Assembly (NCBI GenBank): GCA_030390025.1
Contig: JASTWF010000037.1
Coordinates: forward strand, 248,001 to 312,000
From: Squalus acanthias
Taxonomy: Eukaryota
Direction: 5' to 3'
Length of the DNA: 64,000 nucleotides
Below the pieces are notes generated by a model, which made no database searches, was not told the DNA's origin, and saw only the letters and a list, made by a program, of their open reading frames with translations. Each line of letters begins with the position of its first letter. Position 1 is the stretch's first letter. This document shows positions 1 through 12,400 of this stretch, piece after piece. Position numbers and translations under genes: made by a program.

Positions 1-370
1 AAAATTCTGACAGGGCTAGACAGACTGGATGCAGGGAGGATGTTTCCCCTGGCTGGGGGGTCTAGAACGAGGGGTCACAGTCTCAGGATACGGGGTAGGA
101 CATTTAGGACTGAGATGAGGAGAAATTTCTTCACTCAGAGGGTGGTGAACCTGTGGAATTCTCTACCACAGAAGGCTGTGGAGGCCAAGTCACTGAATAT
201 ATTTAAGAAGGAGATAGATAGATTTCTAGACGCAAAAGGCATCAAGGGGTATGGGGAGAGAGCGGGAATATGGTATTGAGATAGAGGATCAGCCATGATC
301 ATATTGAATGGCGGAGCAGGCTCGAAGGGCCGAATGGCCTGCCCCTGCTCCTATTTTTCTATGTTTCTAT
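1..370 (+). mobile_element. CR1-clade LINE 3' end (ORF2 C-terminus, 3' UTR, microsatellite tail)
   Basis: ORF 40-279 has TRGH...RRNFFTQRVVNLWNSLP...GIKGYG, typical of the CR1 ORF2 C-terminus; ends in TTCTATGTTTCTAT. Confidence 0.9.
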
Positions 371-444
371 TACAGCAAGGGCAGCAATGGTAGGAGATCT
401 ACAGTTAGTTAGCTAGGCTCCTACTTATTCGCTGGGCTCAGCCC

Positions 445-550
445 TGGCTCAGTGGGTAGCCCTCTGTGGCCTCCGCACCAGATAGGTCGTGGGTTCAAGC
501 GCCCACTCCAGGGAATTGAGACTATAAAATCCAGGCTGACGCTCCCAGTG
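445..550 (+). mobile_element. tRNA-derived SINE head (DeuSINE/SacSINE1-like), fragment
   Basis: TGGCTCAGTGGGTAGC A-box-like and GGTTCAAGC B-box-like motifs; matches the heads of the fuller copies at 19160-19629 and 22084-22554. Confidence 0.65.
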
Positions 551-759
551 AAAGTAAGTTGACTATCCTGCCTCCCCCCCCCGCCCGGCCCCCCTTTCCA
601 CCCAGCTGGGAAGTGCGCGTGTGTGTGTCTGGATTGGCTGGGACTATGGTATCTCTCTTTGTTATAGAACCATTGCTAACAGGGTGTGAGCTCCTTCTGC
701 GTGTGTCAGTGGTCTTACCACCAAGCCAACAACAACTTGCATTGATATCGCGCCTTTGA

Positions 760-1985
760 CTTAATAAAATCGGCTGTGTGGTTGATGCTGAAGAAGGAAG
801 CTGTAGACTGCAGGAAGATATCAATAAATTGGTCAGGTGGGCAGAACAGTGGCAAATGGAATTCAATCCGGGCAACACGGTGGCATAGTGGTTAGCACTG
901 TTGCCTCACAGCGCCAGGGACCCGGGTTCAAATCCGGCCTCGGGTGACTGTCTGTGTGGAGTTTGCACATTCTCCCCGTGTCTGCGTGGGTTTCCTCTGG
1001 GTGCTCCGGTTTCCTCCCACAGTCTAAAGATGTGCGGGTTAGGTTGATTTGGCTATGATAAATTGACCCTTAGTGTTAGGGGGATTAAATACGTGGGGTT
1101 ACGGGGCTAGGGTGGGATATGTGTCGGTGCAGGCTCGATGGGCCGAAATGGCCTCAATCTGCACTGTGGGGATTCTGTGATTCTGTGAAGTGTGAGGTAA
1201 TACATTTGGGGAGGGCTAGCAAGGAAAGGGAATACACATTACATGGTAGGACACTGAGTAGTGTAGAGGAACAAAGGGACCTTGGAGTGCATGTCCACAG
1301 ATCCCTGAAGGTAGCAGGCCAGGTAGATAAGGTGGTTAAGAAGGCATACGGAATGCTTGCCTTTATTAGCCGTGGCATAGAATACAAGAGCAGGGGGGTT
1401 ATGCTGCAACTGTATAAAACACTAGTTAGGCCTCAGCTAGAGTACCGCGTGCAGTTCTGGTCACCACATTACAGGAAAGATGTGATTGCACTAGAGAGGG
1501 TACAGAGGAGATTTACAAGGATGTTGCTGGGAGTAGAGAATCTCAGCTATGAGGAAAGACTGGATAGGCTGGGTTTGTTTTCCTTGGAACAGAGGAGGCT
1601 GAGGGGAGACCTTATTGAGGTGCATAAAATTATGAGGGGCCTAGATAAAGTGGATAGAAAGGAGCTATTTCCCTTAGCAGAGGGTCAAAAACCAGGGGGC
1701 ACAGATTTAAAGTAACTGGGGGAAGGTTTAGAGGGGATTTGAGGGGAAATTTCTTCACCCAGAGGGTGGTGGGGGTCTGGAACTCACTGCCTGAAAGGAT
1801 GGTAGAGGCAGGAACCCTAACCACATTTAAAAAGTACTTGGATGTGCACTTGGGATGCTCTAACCTGCAGGGTTACGGACCAAGAGCTGGGAAGTGGGAT
1901 TAGGCTGGATAGCTCTTTGTTGGCCGGCACGGACACAATGGGCTGAAATGGCCTCCTTCCGTGCTGTCACTTTCTCTGATTCTAT
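760..1985 (+). mobile_element. CR1 LINE 3' fragment interrupted by a SINE
   Basis: ORF 1119-1715 KCEVIHLGR...RDLGV...YKTLVRPQLEY..QFWSP...LERVQRRFTRM; the ATTCAATCCG|...|AAGTGTGAGG junction shows CR1 sequence split by the SINE at 871-1186. Confidence 0.9.
871..1186 (+). mobile_element. HE1-like V-SINE
   Basis: tRNA-like head GGTGGCATAGTGGTTAGCACTG...GGTTCAAATCC, V-domain TGTGTGGAGTTTGCACATTCTCCCCGTGTCTGCGTGGGTTTCCTC, CR1-like tail ATTCTGTGATTCTGTG; near-identical copies at 41092 and 47053. Confidence 0.9.
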
Positions 1986-1994
1986 GAAATCTTC

Positions 1995-2665
1995 CCAAGG
2001 ATTGTAATCAGACAAAATTTGACCCCGAGCCACATCAGGAGAAATTAGGACAGGTGACCAAAAGCTTGCTCAAAGAGGGAGGTTTTAAGGAGCGTCTTAA
2101 AGGCGGAGGGAATTCCAGAGCTTAGGGCCCTGAAGGCGCGGCCACCAATGGTGGAGCGATGGAAATCGGGGATGCGCAAGAGGCCATAATTGGAGGAGCG
2201 CAGAGATCTCGGAGGTTTGTAGGGCTGGAGGAGGTTGGAGAAATAGGGAGGGACGAGGCCATGGAGGGATTTGAACACAAGGATGAGAATTTTAAAATTA
2301 AGGCCAGGAGTCAATGTAGGTCAGCGAGCACAGGGGATAATGGGTGAACGGGACTTGGGTGCGATTTAGAATACGGGCAGCAGAGTTTTGGATGAGATTG
2401 AGTTTATGGAGGGTGGAAAGTGGGAGGCCGGCCAGGAGAGTATTGGAATAGTCGAGTCTATAGGAAACAACTATATGGATAATGGTTTCAGCAGCAGATG
2501 AGCTGAGGCAGGGGTGGAGACGGGCGATGTTACGGAGGTGGAAGTAAGCGGTCTTGGTGATGGAGCGGATGTGTGGTCGGAAGCTCAGCTCAGGGTCAAA
2601 TAGGGCACCGAGGTTGCGAACAGGCTGGTTCAGCCTCAGACAGTTGCCAGGGATTGGGATGGAGT
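1995..2665 (-). mobile_element. L2-clade LINE 3' fragment
   Basis: ORFs 2298-2744 and 2045-2314: VRNLGALFDPELSFRPHI...AYFHLRNIARL...RLDYSN.LLAG...IQNSAAR and FKILILVFKSLHG. Confidence 0.85.
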
Positions 2666-2949
2666 CGGTTACTAGGGAGGTTGTTGGTTCTGGCCCCACT
2701 CCGGGATCTGAACAGATAGGAATGAATTTCCGCTGGTCCGCCATTTTTCCAGGGTTTCCACAGTCTCCCGTCGGACGTCAAGGATGCCCGGGGGAATTCA
2801 CCCCCATAATCTAGGCCGACACTCCCAGTGCAGTACGGGGTACATAATACGATTGAGTTCAACGTTGTGTTTGATGTGGAGAAACACAAACAGCTACTAA
2901 GATTCTAGATTTAGCAAGGCCCAACTTCAACGGGATGAGACAGAATAAG

Positions 2950-3220
2950 AGGGAGATGCGGAGGAATTTCTTCTCTCAGAGGGTCGGGAATCTTTGGAAT
3001 TCTCTACCCCAGAGAGCTGTGGAGGCGGAGTCATTGAATATATTCAAGGCGGAGATGGACAGACATTTGAACTACAAGGGAGTCAAGGGGTATGGGGAAG
3101 AGAGCGGGAAAGTGGTGTTGAGGCCAATGTTGGATCAGCCATGATCTTATTGAATGGCGGGGCAGGCTCGAGGGGCCGATTGGCCTACTCCTGCTCCTGT
3201 TTCTTATGTATGTCCTTATG
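2950..3220 (+). mobile_element. CR1 LINE 3' end
   Basis: RRNFFSQRVGNLWNSLP; CR1 3' UTR and TTCTTATG tail. Confidence 0.85.
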
Positions 3221-3224
3221 AGAC

Positions 3225-5337
3225 AGAGACTGTCCACAGTAAACTGGGCAAATCTGTTAATGGGTAAAACGATAGAAGATCAGTGGGAGGCGTTCAAAAA
3301 AAAAAAGAATTGAACGTGAGACAAAACCAATTCATACCCCTGAGGGGCAAGAGCTCTACTTGCCAATAAAAACAGCCATGGACGACTAAAGAGGTAAGGG
3401 ACAACATTAAAACTAAAAGAAAAAGCATACAGAAACAGCACAGATCCTGGTGAATGGGAGAGATCCAAAGAACAGCAAAGGCTAACAAAACAGATAGTAA
3501 AAGCTACAAAAAGAGAGTTTGAAAAGACACTTGCAAGGGATATCAAAATCAACACAAACTTTTACAATTATATTGGGAAAAAGAGGCTGGTTAAATGTGA
3601 GCCCCTTAAAAACTGACAGTGGTGATATTATAAATTAAAATAAGGAAATGGCGGACATGTTGAATAATTACTTTGCGTCAGTATTTACAGTAGAGGAAGG
3701 GGATAGCATGCCGGACACCCCAAGGAAACTAATAGTGTATCAGGGACGGGGGTCTCACCATAATTAACGTAAGCAAGTTAACAGCAATGAAGAAAATAAT
3801 GGCACTAAAGAGTGACAAATCCCCAGGACCAGATGGTTTCCATCCCAGGGTTTTAAAGGAAGTAGGCGAGAACATTGCAGATGCCCCAACTATAATCTTC
3901 CAAAGCTCTCTCGACTCGAGAACCGTTCCCTTCGATTGGAAAATTGCACATGTCACTCAAATATTTCAGAAAGGTGAGAGAGGGACACCAGGGAATTATA
4001 GCCTATCATCTGTTGTCGGGAAATTACTAGAGTCTATAATTAAGGATAGGGTGACGGAACACCTTGAAAATTTTCAGCTGATCCGAGAGAGCCAGCATGG
4101 ATTTGTAAAGGGTAGGTCATGCCTGACGAACCTAACTGAATATTTTGAAGAGGGGGCTAAAGTAGTGGGCGGGGGAATGTCTATGGATGTTATTTGTATG
4201 GACTTCCAGAAGGCATTCGATAAAGTCCCTCATAAGCGACTGTTAGCTAAAGTTGAAGCTCACGGAATTGAGGGCAAATTATTGACCTGGTTCGAAGATT
4301 GGCTGAGCGGCAGGAGACAGAGACAGAGAGCAGGGATAATGGGCAGGTACTCTAATTGGCAGGATGTGACCAGTGGATCTGTGTTGGGGACTCAACTATT
4401 CACCGTATTTATTAACGATGGTGGGATAGAAAGCCACATATCCAAGTCTGCTGACGACACAAAGATGGGCGACCTTGTAGGCAGTGTAGATGGAAGCATA
4501 AAATTACAAAGATGCTAATAGATTAAGCGAATGGGCAAAACTGTGGCAAATGGATTTCAGTATAGGCAAGTGTGAGGTCATCCAAAGGATAGAACAGGGT
4601 ACTTTCTAAATGGTAAAAAGCTAAAAACAGTGGAGGTCTAAATAGACTTAGGGGTCCTTGTACATAGATCATTGAAATGTCATGAACAGGTCCAAAAAAA
4701 ATCAAAAAGGCTAATGGGATGCTGGCCTTTATATCTAGAGGACTAGAATACAAGGGGGTAGAAGTTATGCTGCAGCTGTACAAAACCCTGGTTAGACCAC
4801 ACCTGGAGCACTGTGAGCAGTTCTGGGCACCACACCTTAGGAAGGATAGATTGGCCTTGGAGAGAGTGCAGCGTAGGTTTACCAGAATGATACCCGGACT
4901 TCAAGGGGTTAAATTACCAGGAGAGATTACACAAACTAAGGTTGTGTTCCCTGGAATTGGGAAGATTAAGGGGTAATTTGATCGAGGTTTTCAAGATATT
5001 AATGGGAACTGATAGGGTAGACAGAGAGAAACTATTTCCGCTGGTTAGGGAATCTAGAACAAGGGGACATAGCCTTAAAATCAGAGCCAGGCCTTTCAGG
5101 AGTGAAGTTAGGAAACACTTCTACACACAAAAGGTGGTAGAAGTTTGGAACTCTCTTCCGCAAATGGCGGAATTGTTCATTTTAAATCTGAGATTGATAG
5201 ATTTCTGTTAACCAAAGGTATTAAGGGATACGGGGCAAAGGCTGGTAGATGGAGTTAGGTCGCAGATCAGCCATGATCTGATTGAATGGCGGAGCAGGCT
5301 CGAGGGGCTAAATGGCCTCCTCCTGTCCCTATGTTCC
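3225..5337 (+). mobile_element. Degraded CR1 LINE ORF2 (reverse transcriptase to 3' end)
   Basis: ORF 3787-4518 KSPGPDG.HPRVLKE...QHGFVKGRSCLTNL...DFQKAFDKVPH...SADDTK, followed by frameshifted C-terminal pieces and the 3' UTR. Confidence 0.9.
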
Positions 5338-5489
5338 TGAGGGAGTGCTGGGCTGTCGGAGGTGCCGTCTTTCGCATGCGGTGTTAAACCGAGGCCCCCT
5401 GTCCACCACGGCACTATGTGAAGGAGAACAGGGGCGTTCTCCCCCCAGTGGTCCTGGGCCAACCTTCCTCCCTCATATATATTAACTGG

Positions 5490-5679
5490 TGTAAGAAAAC
5501 TACAAGGCACTTGGTCTAAGCATTAAACAAGGCTTTAATCAACTGTTTTTCAACATGGTGGTCTAGTTGTGTCCTTCACTAGTTCCTGTTGAGGAATGTC
5601 CTGAGCAAGCTGGGCCCGTGCCCGAGTATTTATACTCTCCCTGGACAGCGCCACCCGCAGGCCGCCCAGTATTATTTCA
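5490..5679 (-). mobile_element. Possible short solo LTR nested in a DeuSINE remnant
   Basis: TG...CA termini; the - strand has TATAAA followed by ATTAAA; flanked by DeuSINE pieces (about 5337-5480 and 5700-5860). No clear target-site duplication. Confidence 0.3.
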
Positions 5680-6030
5680 TGAGACATTTCCGCATGAATG
5701 ACAAGATTCATGTCATTAACGTTGCTGCATGTGGGATCTTGCTGTGCACAACCTGGCCGCTGTGCTTTCCTATGTGATGCCGCCGGCGGCGCTTCGGACG
5801 TAGCTCTCCGGCTGCGAAGCGCGTTTGGGCCGTCCCGAGGTGGTGAAAGGCGCTTTATTAAAAAAAATAATGTTCTATCTTTCAGGGGAGAAGGTGGCGT
5901 TGGCGTTCACCGTCTTCCTCGGTTTAAATCAGATGTTATTTGTTCTTGCACAGACACTGGATCATTGCAAAGGGCACTGAGAGAATATTACCTGGCACCT
6001 CCAGCACTGAGGACCACCAGAAAATGTCCG

Positions 6031-6445
6031 ATGGAGGAATTACTGGGCAGCTACATAATCTTTTTGATCCTGCTCTTCATTGAAACCAAGGGAATCCCCC
6101 CCATCACCCTGGCCATTATCATTCTCAACATGTTCATATTCCTGGCGCCCGAGCTCAATGTGGCGGAGGTCTGCCTCAGCGTCTCCACCACCTTCTACGC
6201 CTGTGAGTGGCAGCGGCTGGTCCTGGCACCCCTGCATCACATCGACGTCGACCATCTGGGCTTCAACATGGCCTCGCTGGTGTGGAAGGGGAGCAAGCTG
6301 GAGCGGAGGGTTGGCAGCGCCCGCTTCATGTTCTCCACCTGCATCTTCGGCATCCTGACCGGCCTCACCTACCTGTCGATCAAGGCGGCCCTCTCTTGCC
6401 TTCTCACCGAAAGGTTCAACATGGACTGCGCTGTAGGCTTTTCAG
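6031..6445 (+). CDS. RHBDD1: RHBDD1/RHBDL4-like rhomboid intramembrane serine protease, first coding exon
   Basis: MEELLGSY...IPPITLA...CLSV...EWQRLVLAPLHHIDVDHLGFNMASLVWKG.KLERR.GS...CAVGFSG matches RHBDL4 motifs (WQR, HxxFN, catalytic GFSG). Candidate acceptor ttcttgcacag| before 5954, ATG at 6031, donor TCAG|gtacc after 6445 (phase 1). Confidence 0.92.
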
Positions 6446-6480
6446 GTACCATAGCTGGGCCCCAACCTGGGGGAGAGGTT

Positions 6481-9400
6481 CACGGGGTATAATAGGGATC
6501 TGGGACGGGTAGGTGGGGTATAATGGGTATCTGGGACGGGTACGCGGGGTATAATGGGTATCTAGGACAGGTACATGGGGTATAATGGGTATCTGGGACG
6601 GGTACATGGGGTATAATGGGTATCTGGGACGGGTACATGGGGTATAATGGGTATCTGGGACGGGTACATGGGGTATAATGGGGATCTGGGACGGGAATGT
6701 GGGGTATAATGGGTTTCTGGGATGGCTACACGGGGTATAATGGGGATCTGGGTTGGGTACGCGGCATATAATGGGTATCTGGGATGGGTACGCGGGGTAT
6801 AATTGGTATCTGGGACGGGTACACGGGGTATAATGGGTATCTAAATGGGTACACGGGGTATAAGGGGGATCTGGGACGGGTACGCGGGGTATAATGGGTA
6901 TCTAGGACAGGTACATGGGGTACAATGGTATCTGGGATGGGTACATGGGGTATAATGGGAATCTGGGACGGGTACGTGGGGTATAATGGGTATCTGGGAC
7001 AGGAGCACTGGGGCTGAATGGGTATCTGGGACGGGTACATACGGGGTATAATGGGTATGCTGGGACGGGGTACACAGGGTATAAAGGGTGTATCTGGGAC
7101 GTTACGCGGGGTATAATGGGTATCTGAATGGGTACAGTCGGATAAATGGGGATCGGGATGGGTACAGGGGGTACTAATGGGTATCTGGGAAGGGTACCAG
7201 GGGTATAATGGGTATCGGGGACGGGTACATGGGGTATAATGGGAATCTGGATGGGTACACGGGGAATAATGGGTATCTAGGACAGGTACATGGGGTATAA
7301 TGGGTATCTGGGACAGGTACATGGGGTATAATGGGTATCTGGGACTGGGTACATGGGGTATAATGGGTATCTGGGATGGGTATGTGGGGTATAATGGGTA
7401 TCTGGGATGGGTACACGGGGTATAATGGATATCTGCGATGGGTACGCGGGGTATAATGGGTATCTGGGAAGGGTACGCTGGGTATAATGGGTATCTGGGA
7501 TGCGTACATGGGGTATAATGGGTATCTGGGAAGGGTACACAGGGTATAATGGGTATCTGGGATGGGTACACGGGGTATAATGGATATCTGGGATGGGTAC
7601 GCGGGGTATAATGTGTATCTGGGACGGGTACACGAGGTATAATGGGTATCTGGGATGGGTACGTGGGGTATAATGGGTATCTGGGACGGGTACACGGGGT
7701 ATAATGGGTTTCTCGGATGGGTACACAGGGTAATTTGTATCTGGGACGGGTACATGGGGTATAATGGGTATCTGGGACAGGTACATGGGGTATAATGGGT
7801 ATCTGGGATGGGTACACGGGGTATAATGGGTATCTGAGACAGGTACACAGGGCATAATATGTATCTGGGACGGGTACATGGGATATAATGGGTATCTGGG
7901 AGGGTACACGGGGTATAATGGGTATCTGGGACAGGTACGCAGGGTATAATGGGTATCTGGGACAGGTACTTGGGATATAATGGGTATGTGGGAGGGTACA
8001 CGGGGTATAATGGGTATCTGGGACAGGTACATGGGGTATAATGGGTATCTGGGATGGGTACACGGGGTATAATGGGTATCTAGGATGGGTACACGGGGTA
8101 TAATGGGTATCTGAGACAGGTACACGGGGTATAATGGGTATCTGGGATGGGTACACAGGGTATAATGGGTATCTGGGATGGTTATATGGGGTATAATGGG
8201 AATCTGGGATGTGTACATGGGGTATAATGGGTATCTGGGATGGGTACACGGGGTATAATGAGTATCTGGGATGGGTACACGGGGTATAATGGGTATCTGG
8301 GATGGGTACACGGGGTATAATGGGTATCTGGGATGGGTAAACGGGGTATAATGGGTATCTGGGACAGGTACACTGGGTACAATGGGTATCTGGGAGGGTA
8401 CACGGGGTATAATGGGTTTCTAGGATGGGTACACGGGGTATAATGGGTATCTGGGACGGGTACGCAGGGTATAATGTGTTTCTCGGATGGGTACATGGGG
8501 GATAATGGGGATCTGGGATGGTACATGGGTATAATGGGTATCTGGATGGTACACGGGTATAATGGGTATCTGGGAAGGGTAATGGTACGGCACGGGTATA
8601 ATGGGTATCTGGGATGGGTACCGGGGTATAATGGTATCTGGGAGGTACACAGGGTATAATGGGTATCTGGGATGGGTACGGGGTATAATGGGTATCTGGG
8701 ATGGGTACACTGGGTATAATGGGTATCTGGGACGGGTACATGGGTATAATGGGTATCTGGGCGGGTACATGGGGGTATAATGGGTATCCGGGATGGGTAA
8801 ACGGGTATAATGGGTATCTGGGAGGGTACGTGGGTATAAGGTATAATTGGGTATCTGGGGCGGGTACACGGGGTATAATGGGTATCTGGGGTGGATACAC
8901 GGGGTATAATGGGTATCTGGGGCGGGTACATGGGGTATAATGGGTATCTGGGGCGGGTACACGGGTATAATGGGTATCTGGGGCTGGTACGCGGGGTATA
9001 ATGGGTATCTGGGGCGTGTACACGGGGTATAATGGGTATCTGGGGCGGGTACACAGGGTATAATGGGTATCTGGGGCGGGTACATGGGGTATAATGGGTA
9101 TCGGGGACGGGTACATGGGGTATAATGGGTATCCGGGATGGGTACATGGGGTATAATGGGTATCGGGGACGGGTACACAGTGTATAATGGGTATCGGGGA
9201 CGGGTACACGGGTATAATGGGTATCTGGGACGGGTATGTGCGGTATAATGGGTATCTGGGATGGGTATATGGGGTATAATGGGTATCTGGGACAGGTACG
9301 TGGGGTATAATGGGTATCTGGGATGGGTATATGGGGTATAATGGGTATCTGGGATGGGTACACAGGTTATAATGGGTATCTGGGATGGGTACACGGGGTA

Positions 9401-12400
9401 TAATGGGTATCTGGGACGGGTACACGGGGTATAATGGGTATCTGGGATGGGTACGTGGGGTATAATCGGTTTCTTGGATGGGTACACAGGGCATAATGGG
9501 TATCTGGGGCGGGTACATGGGATATAATGGGTATCTGGGAGGGTACACGGGGTATAATGGGTATCTGGGATGGGTACACAGGGCATAATGGGTATCTGGG
9601 ACAGGTACACAGGGCATAATGGGTATCTGGGACAAGTACACGGGGTATAATGGGTATCGGGGATGGGTACGCAGGGTATAATGGGTATCTGAGATTGGTA
9701 CGCGGGGTATAATGGGTATCTGGGATGGGTACGCGGGGTATAATGGGTATCTGGGATGGGTACGCGGGGTATAATGGGTATCTGGGATGGGTACACGGGG
9801 TATAATGGGTATCTTGGATGGGTACACGGGGTGTAATGGGTGTCTGGGACGTTTATCTGGGGTATAATGGGTATCTGGGACAGGTACACTGGGTATAATG
9901 GGTATCTGGGAGGGTACATGGGGTATAATGGGTATCTGGGACAGGTACATGGGGTATAATGGGTATCTGGGATGGGTACACGGGGTATAATGGGTATCTG
10001 GGATGGGTATATGGGTATAATGCGTATCTGGGATGGGTACACAGGGTATAATGGGTATCTAAATGGGTACGCGGGGTATAATGGGTATCTGGGATGGGTA
10101 CATGGGGTATAATGGTTATTGGGATGGGTACACAGGGTATAATGGGTATCTGGGACAGGTACACGGGGTATAATGTGTATCTAAATGGGTACGCGGGGTA
10201 TAATGGGTATCTGGGATGGGTACGTGTGGTATAATGGGTAATAGGGATGGGTACGTGGGGTATAATGGGTATCTGGGATGGGTACACGGGGTATAATGGG
10301 TATCTGGGATGGGTACGTGGGGTATAATGGGTATCTGGGACGGGTACACGGGGTATAATGGGTATCTGGGATGGGTACGTGGGGTATAATGGGTATCTGG
10401 GATGGGTACACAGGGTATAATGGGTATCTGGGACGGGTACACTGGGGTATAATGGGTATCTGGGACGGGTACACAGGGTATAATGGGTATCTGGGATGGG
10501 TACACTGGGGTATAATGGGTATCTGGGATGGGTACACTGGGGTATAATGGGTATCTGGGATGGGTACATGGGGTATAATGGGTATCTGGGAGGGTACATG
10601 GGGTATAATGGGTATCTGGGACAGGGTACTCTGGGTATAATGGGTATCTGGGATGGGTACACTGGGGTATAATGGGTATCTGGATGGGTACATGGGGTAT
10701 AATGGGTATCTGGGACAGGTACACGGGGTATAATGGGTATCTGGGATGGGTATACAGGGTATAATGGGTATCTGGGATGGGTACAAGGGTATAATGGGTA
10801 TCTGGGACGGGTACACTGGGGTATAATGGGTATCTGGGATGGGTACACGGGGTATAATGGGTATCTGGATGGGTACGTGGGGTATAATGGGTATCTGGGA
10901 TGGGTAAATGGGGTATAATGGGTATCTGGGATGGGTACATGGGGTATAATGGGTATCTGGGATGGGTACACGGGGTATAATGGGTATCTGGGATGGGTAC
11001 ACGGGGTATAATGGGTATCTGGGACTGGGTACACGGGGTATAATGGGTATCTGGGACAGGTACACAGGGTATAATGGGTATCTGGGACGGGTACAGGGGT
11101 ATAATGGGTATCTGGGATGGGTACACGAGGGTATAATGGGTATCTGGGATGGGTACACGGGGTATAATGGGTATCTGGGATGGTACACGGGGTATAATGG
11201 GTATCTGGGACGGGTACACGGGGTATAATGGGTATCTGGGATGGGTACGTGGGGTATAATGGGTATCTGGGATGGGTACATGGGGTATAATGGGTATCTG
11301 GGAAGGGTACACTGGGTATAATGGGTATCTGGGATGGGTACACGGGGTATAATGGTATCTGGGATGGGTACCTGGGTATAATGGGTATCTGGGATGGGTA
11401 CATGGGGTATAATGGGTATCTGGGACAGGTACGTGGGGTATAATGGGTATCTGGGATGGGTATATGGGGTATAATGGGTATCTGGGATGGGTATATGGGG
11501 TATAATGGGTATCTGGGACAGGTACACTGGGTATAATGGGTATCTGGGACGGGTATGTGCGGTATAATGGGTATCTGGGATGGGTACATGGGGTATAATG
11601 GGTATCTGGGCTGGTACGTGGGGTATAATGGGTATCTGGGATGGGTATATGGGGTATAATGGGTATCTGGGATGGGTACACAGGTTATAATGGGTATCTG
11701 GGATGGGTACACGGGGTATAATGGGTATCTGGGACGGGTACACGGTATAATGGGTATCTGGAATGGGCACGCGGGGTATAATCGGTTTCTTGGATGGGTA
11801 CACAGGGCATAATGGGTATCTGGGGCGGGTACATGGGATATAATGGGTATCTGGGAGGGTACACGGGGTATAATGGGTATCTGGGATGGGTACACAGGGC
11901 ATAATGGGTATCTGGGACAGGTACACAGGGCATAATGGGTATCTGGGACAAGTACACGGGGTATAATGGGTATCGGGGATGGGTACGCAGGGTATAATGG
12001 GTATCTGGGATGGGTACGCGGGGTATAATGGGTATCTGGGATGGGTACGCGGGGTATAATGGGTATCTGGGATGGGTACGCGGGGTATAATGGGTATCTG
12101 GGATGGGTACACGGGGTATAATGGGTATCTGGGATGGGTACACGGGGTGTAATGGGTGTCTGGGACGTTTATCTGGGGTATAATGGGTATCTGGGACAGG
12201 TACACTGGGTATAATGGGTATCTGGGAGGGTACATGGGGTATAATGGGTATCTGGGACAGGTACATGGGGTATAATGGGTATCTGGGATGGGTACACGGG
12301 GTATAATGGGTATCTGGGATGGGTATATGGGGTATAATGCGTATCTGGGATGGGTACACAGGGTATAATGGGTATCTAAATGGGTACGCGGGGTATAATG

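Noticed and set aside
871..960. tRNA genes at SINE heads (also 41092, 47053, about 22480-22550)
   Set aside because: A and B boxes run straight into SINE cores; no complete cloverleaf or terminator.
5698..6030. N-terminal 111 aa of ORF 5698-6492 as part of the rhomboid
   Set aside because: Overlaps a SINE tail and lies largely upstream of a splice acceptor at 5953; homology starts near ATG 6031.
6950..8860. Indel-rich patches in the 31-bp array (about 6950-7270 and 8500-8860) as distinct sub-repeats
   Set aside because: Scattered single-base indels look like consensus error in a hard-to-sequence G-rich tract; cannot be judged without reads.
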